A stretch of 64,000 nucleotides of DNA. Origin: Roseovarius sp. GTDB taxonomy: Bacteria > Pseudomonadota > Alphaproteobacteria > Rhodobacterales > Rhodobacteraceae. Of the stretch, positions 61,260 through 64,000 are shown piece by piece. Numbering within the stretch: position 1 is the stretch's first letter; each line of letters opens with the position of its first letter. The notes under the pieces are model-generated. The model did not search any database. It was not told the DNA's origin and saw only the letters and a program-made list of their open reading frames with translations. The stretch covers positions 16,477-80,476 of the forward strand of contig JAWLGF010000002.1 of assembly GCA_041685205.1 (NCBI GenBank), read 5' to 3'. Both the position numbers and the translations under genes were made by a program.

Positions 61260-62198
61260 TCAGCGTCCGCGGATACGGGGGTCAAGCGCATCGCGCATGC
61301 CGTCGCCCATGTAATTGATCGCAAGGACCGTCAACGAAATCGCGACGCCGGGCCAGAAGACGCGCTCGGGATAATCGGTGAGGTATTGCGTGGCGTCGTT
61401 CAGCAAGCGCCCCCAGGTCGGGAAATCCGGCGGAAAGCCGAGACCGAGGAACGACAGCGCGCTTTCGGTGATGATCGCGTTGGCGATCCCGAGCGTGGCC
61501 GACACCATGATCGGTGACATCACGTTGGGCAGGATGTGGCGGGTGATCAGGTTGAAATTCGTCGTCCCGATGGAGCGAGCCGCGAGGATGAACTCCCGCT
61601 CCTTCAGCGCCAGCACATCGCCGCGCACGATCCGCGCCGTGGGCATCCAGCTTGTCGCGCCGATCGCCACCACGATCAGGATGAAGATGCCCATCTCCGG
61701 GCCGAAGATACCATTGAGCGCCTCGCGGAACAAAAGCACCATCACCAGCAGCAGAGGCAGCAGCGGCAGCGACAGGAAAAGGTCCGTCAGCCGCATCAGC
61801 GGACCGTCGAGCCAACGGAAAAACCCTGCAAGGACGCCAATCAGCGATCCCAGCACCAGCGCCAGCAGCATCGCCGTCAGCCCGACTGCGATGGATGTCT
61901 GACCACCCGTCATCATGCGCGCCAGCGTGTCGCGCCCCAGCTGATCGGTGCCGAAAGGATGCGCGAGGCTGGGCCCCTCGTTGCGGGCGCGCACGTCGAT
62001 GAAGCTGTCGTCATAGAGCCACACGTAAGGCCCCAGAAACACCGCGAGGATGATGAACAACAGCACGAGCATCCCGGCCAGCGCGCCGCGATGCGTCTTG
62101 AACTGGTCCCAGACATCGCTCCAGTGGCTGCGCGCGCGCATGGTGGGTCCCTTGTCGTCCAGCACCGCGATTGTTTTCGGATCCGGGGTCTCAGTCAT
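61260..62198 (-). CDS. Peptide/nickel ABC transporter permease (DppC/OppC-like)
   Basis: HPFGTDQLGRD, EFILAARSIG..RHILPN and LSFLGLG motifs. Confidence 0.93.
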   Translation of the reverse strand: MTETPDPKTIAVLDDKGPTMRARSHWSDVWDQFKTHRGALAGMLVLLFIILAVFLGPYVWLYDDSFIDVRARNEGPSLAHPFGTDQLGRDTLARMMTGGQTSIAVGLTAMLLALVLGSLIGVLAGFFRWLDGPLMRLTDLFLSLPLLPLLLVMVLLFREALNGIFGPEMGIFILIVVAIGATSWMPTARIVRGDVLALKEREFILAARSIGTTNFNLITRHILPNVMSPIMVSATLGIANAIITESALSFLGLGFPPDFPTWGRLLNDATQYLTDYPERVFWPGVAISLTVLAINYMGDGMRDALDPRIRGR

Positions 62199-63198
62199 AG
62201 CGTATCCTCGGGTCGAGCAAACCGTAGAGCAGGTCGGCCAGGACATTGAAAAGCACGATGAGCACGGCGATCATGAAGGTCACGGTCTGTACCATCGGCA
62301 AATCATTGGCCTCGATCGCGGTGATCAGAAGCTGGCCCAGCCCGTTCACCTTGAAGATCTGTTCGGTGATGATCGCGCCGCCGAAGATATACGGCACACC
62401 AAGTGCGATCACGGTCACCACCGGGATCATCGAGTTGCGCAGCACATGCACCATGACGACGGTCCATTCCGACAGCCCCTTGGCGCGGGCGGTGCGCACG
62501 TAATCCTGGTTGAGATTGTCGAGCATGGAGGCGCGCATGAAGCGGCTGATCTGGGCCGTGGTCTGCAGCGCCAGCACCATCACAGGCATGACCATTTGCA
62601 GAAGCTGGGCCTTGAAGGTTTCCCAGTCGACCACCCGCAGCGTGGTGTCATAAATCGACGGAAACCAGCCAAGCTGCACAGAGAAGATCACGATCACCAG
62701 AACGCCCGAAAAGAACGGCGGCACCGAATAGCCGACCATGGTGACGAACGTGCCGGCCTGGTCGAAGACGGAATACTGCCTGTAGGCCGAGTAGATGCCG
62801 ATCGGCAGCGCGATCAGGATCCCGACCACATAGGACATCGCCACGACCCACAGCGTTTGCGGCATGCGCTGGACGATGACGTCCATGACCGGCGAGCGGA
62901 ATTGCCAGCTGAGCACCCGCTGCTGGCCGAAGGCGATGTTCGTGCCGAAGATGTGATCGAAAAGGATCATCGGCTCGACCACGAAGAACTGCCAGAGCCA
63001 TTTGCCGAAGCGGACATGCGTCGGCTCGCCAAGGCCGAGGGACTGCCGCATCAGTTCCTTGACGTCCGGTGGCACGGTCAGCGGAACCTGCGCCATCGGA
63101 TCGCCCGGCGCAAGCTCCAGCAGAAGGAAAATCATCAGGCTGATGAACAGCAGGGTTGGTATCGACAGGACAAGCCGTCGGATCGTGTAGGTCAGCAT
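62191..63198 (-). CDS. Peptide/nickel ABC transporter permease (DppB/OppB-like)
   Basis: LAPGDP, DYVRTARAKGL and ADLLYGLLDPRIR motifs. Confidence 0.93.
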   Translation of the reverse strand: MLTYTIRRLVLSIPTLLFISLMIFLLLELAPGDPMAQVPLTVPPDVKELMRQSLGLGEPTHVRFGKWLWQFFVVEPMILFDHIFGTNIAFGQQRVLSWQFRSPVMDVIVQRMPQTLWVVAMSYVVGILIALPIGIYSAYRQYSVFDQAGTFVTMVGYSVPPFFSGVLVIVIFSVQLGWFPSIYDTTLRVVDWETFKAQLLQMVMPVMVLALQTTAQISRFMRASMLDNLNQDYVRTARAKGLSEWTVVMVHVLRNSMIPVVTVIALGVPYIFGGAIITEQIFKVNGLGQLLITAIEANDLPMVQTVTFMIAVLIVLFNVLADLLYGLLDPRIRYD

Positions 63199-63232
63199 GC
63201 ACGGGCCTTTGCCTGGGTCGAATTGGTCACGC

Positions 63233-63256
63233 AGGGCCGGGCGACGACCCGGCCCT
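63233..63256 (-). other. Intercistronic hairpin after the substrate-binding gene (likely mRNA stabiliser)
   Basis: AGGGCCGGG-CGACGA-CCCGGCCCT without a U-tract. Confidence 0.5.
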
Positions 63257-63277
63257 CATACAGGTAAGCGCTGCGGA

Positions 63278-64000
63278 TCACTCCTCGATGCGGTACCAGT
63301 CGGCGGCATTCCACAGCTCTGTGTCCCAGACGTTTAGCTCGACGCCGCCAAGCGTGTTGGATTTTGCCGAAACCCGGCCACGATGCACCAGAGGGATGAT
63401 CACGTTCTGCTCGCGGGTGATCATGTCGTTGAGCTTGATGGCGATCTCGGCACGGTCTTCCAGTTCCGCGGTGCGGCCGAGTTCGCGGACCAGCTCGTCA
63501 TACTCCTCGTCGCAGAAGCGGTTTATGTTCTCGCCCTGCCATTGAGTTTCGGGGCGGGGGGCCTTGTTGCAGGTGCGCGAGGCGAGGTAGTTCTGCGGGT
63601 CCGTGCCGTCGAAGAGGTTGGCATACATCTCGACATCGGCGTAGAACTTCTGGAACGTATCCGGGCTGCCCGGATCGCCGCCGAAGAACACCGAGGACGA
63701 CACGTTGCGCAGCTCGGTCTCGATCCCGATCTCTTCCCACCACTGCTTGATGAGGGACTGGAAATCCTGACGCACGGCATTGGTCGAGGTCTGGAAAAGC
63801 AGCGAAAGTTCGACCCCGTCCTTCTCGCGTACGCCGTCACCGTCGCTGTCGGTCCAGCCCGCGTCCTCAAGGAGCGCCTTCGCGCCTTCGAGGTCCTGAC
63901 CGAGACAGTCGGTGTTGTCGGACGCGTAGACCTCGGGACCCGGCACCCAGTTGCAGGTGGCCTGACCCGCCTGCCCATAGCCGAGTTCGGTCAGCAATTC
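63278..64000 (-). CDS. Peptide ABC transporter substrate-binding protein (family 5), C-terminal part
   Basis: AKALLEDAGWTDSDGDGVREKDG and WNAADWYR; truncated by the window end. Confidence 0.9.
   Translation of the reverse strand, partial: ELLTELGYGQAGQATCNWVPGPEVYASDNTDCLGQDLEGAKALLEDAGWTDSDGDGVREKDGVELSLLFQTSTNAVRQDFQSLIKQWWEEIGIETELRNVSSSVFFGGDPGSPDTFQKFYADVEMYANLFDGTDPQNYLASRTCNKAPRPETQWQGENINRFCDEEYDELVRELGRTAELEDRAEIAIKLNDMITREQNVIIPLVHRGRVSAKSNTLGGVELNVWDTELWNAADWYRIEE

Noticed and set aside
1..64000. CRISPR array, transposase, integrase, prophage or defence genes
   Set aside because: No regularly spaced repeats and no such protein motifs found by reading; an HMM search was not possible

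Overview
High-GC alphaproteobacterial chromosome segment. Gene order and protein sequences are typical of Rhodobacteraceae (Roseobacter group), and the very acidic exported proteins suggest a marine or halotolerant host. Most of the window is core housekeeping: the 3' end of recN; a cnoX/LON-N/Trm112 operon; xth; a CenR-like OmpR regulator with a SorX-like 3'-UTR sRNA; ribA; fabD-fabG-acpP and fabF-mltG; kpsS-kpsD-kpsC capsule export; riboflavin synthase; pckA divergent from chvI-chvG-hprK-rapZ-EIIA-HPr; thrS; mcd; clpP-clpX; an SqrR/BigR-like repressor; tRNA-Thr(CGT); proC-csaA; dnaX-ybaB-recR; and a peptide ABC transporter cut by the window end. Accessory inserts are an agmatinase plus a small membrane gene flanked by inverted repeats, a membrane protein/HlyD pair and a divergent HisA paralogue inside the fab cluster, a decayed CMD/AhpD pseudogene plus a Ca/Na antiporter at the tRNA 3' side, and a TonB-dependent receptor/ExbB/ExbD/ExbD/TonB cluster with an extra 4-Cys exported protein and paired iron-box-like motifs. 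The most notable signals are a single-base frameshift in a G6 run that splits kpsS, the five-gene Ton operon, a 22-bp motif recurring just after three stop codons, and the SorX-like sRNA next to a polyamine enzyme. I found no transposase, integrase, prophage or CRISPR array. All family assignments come from motif recognition, not database searches.
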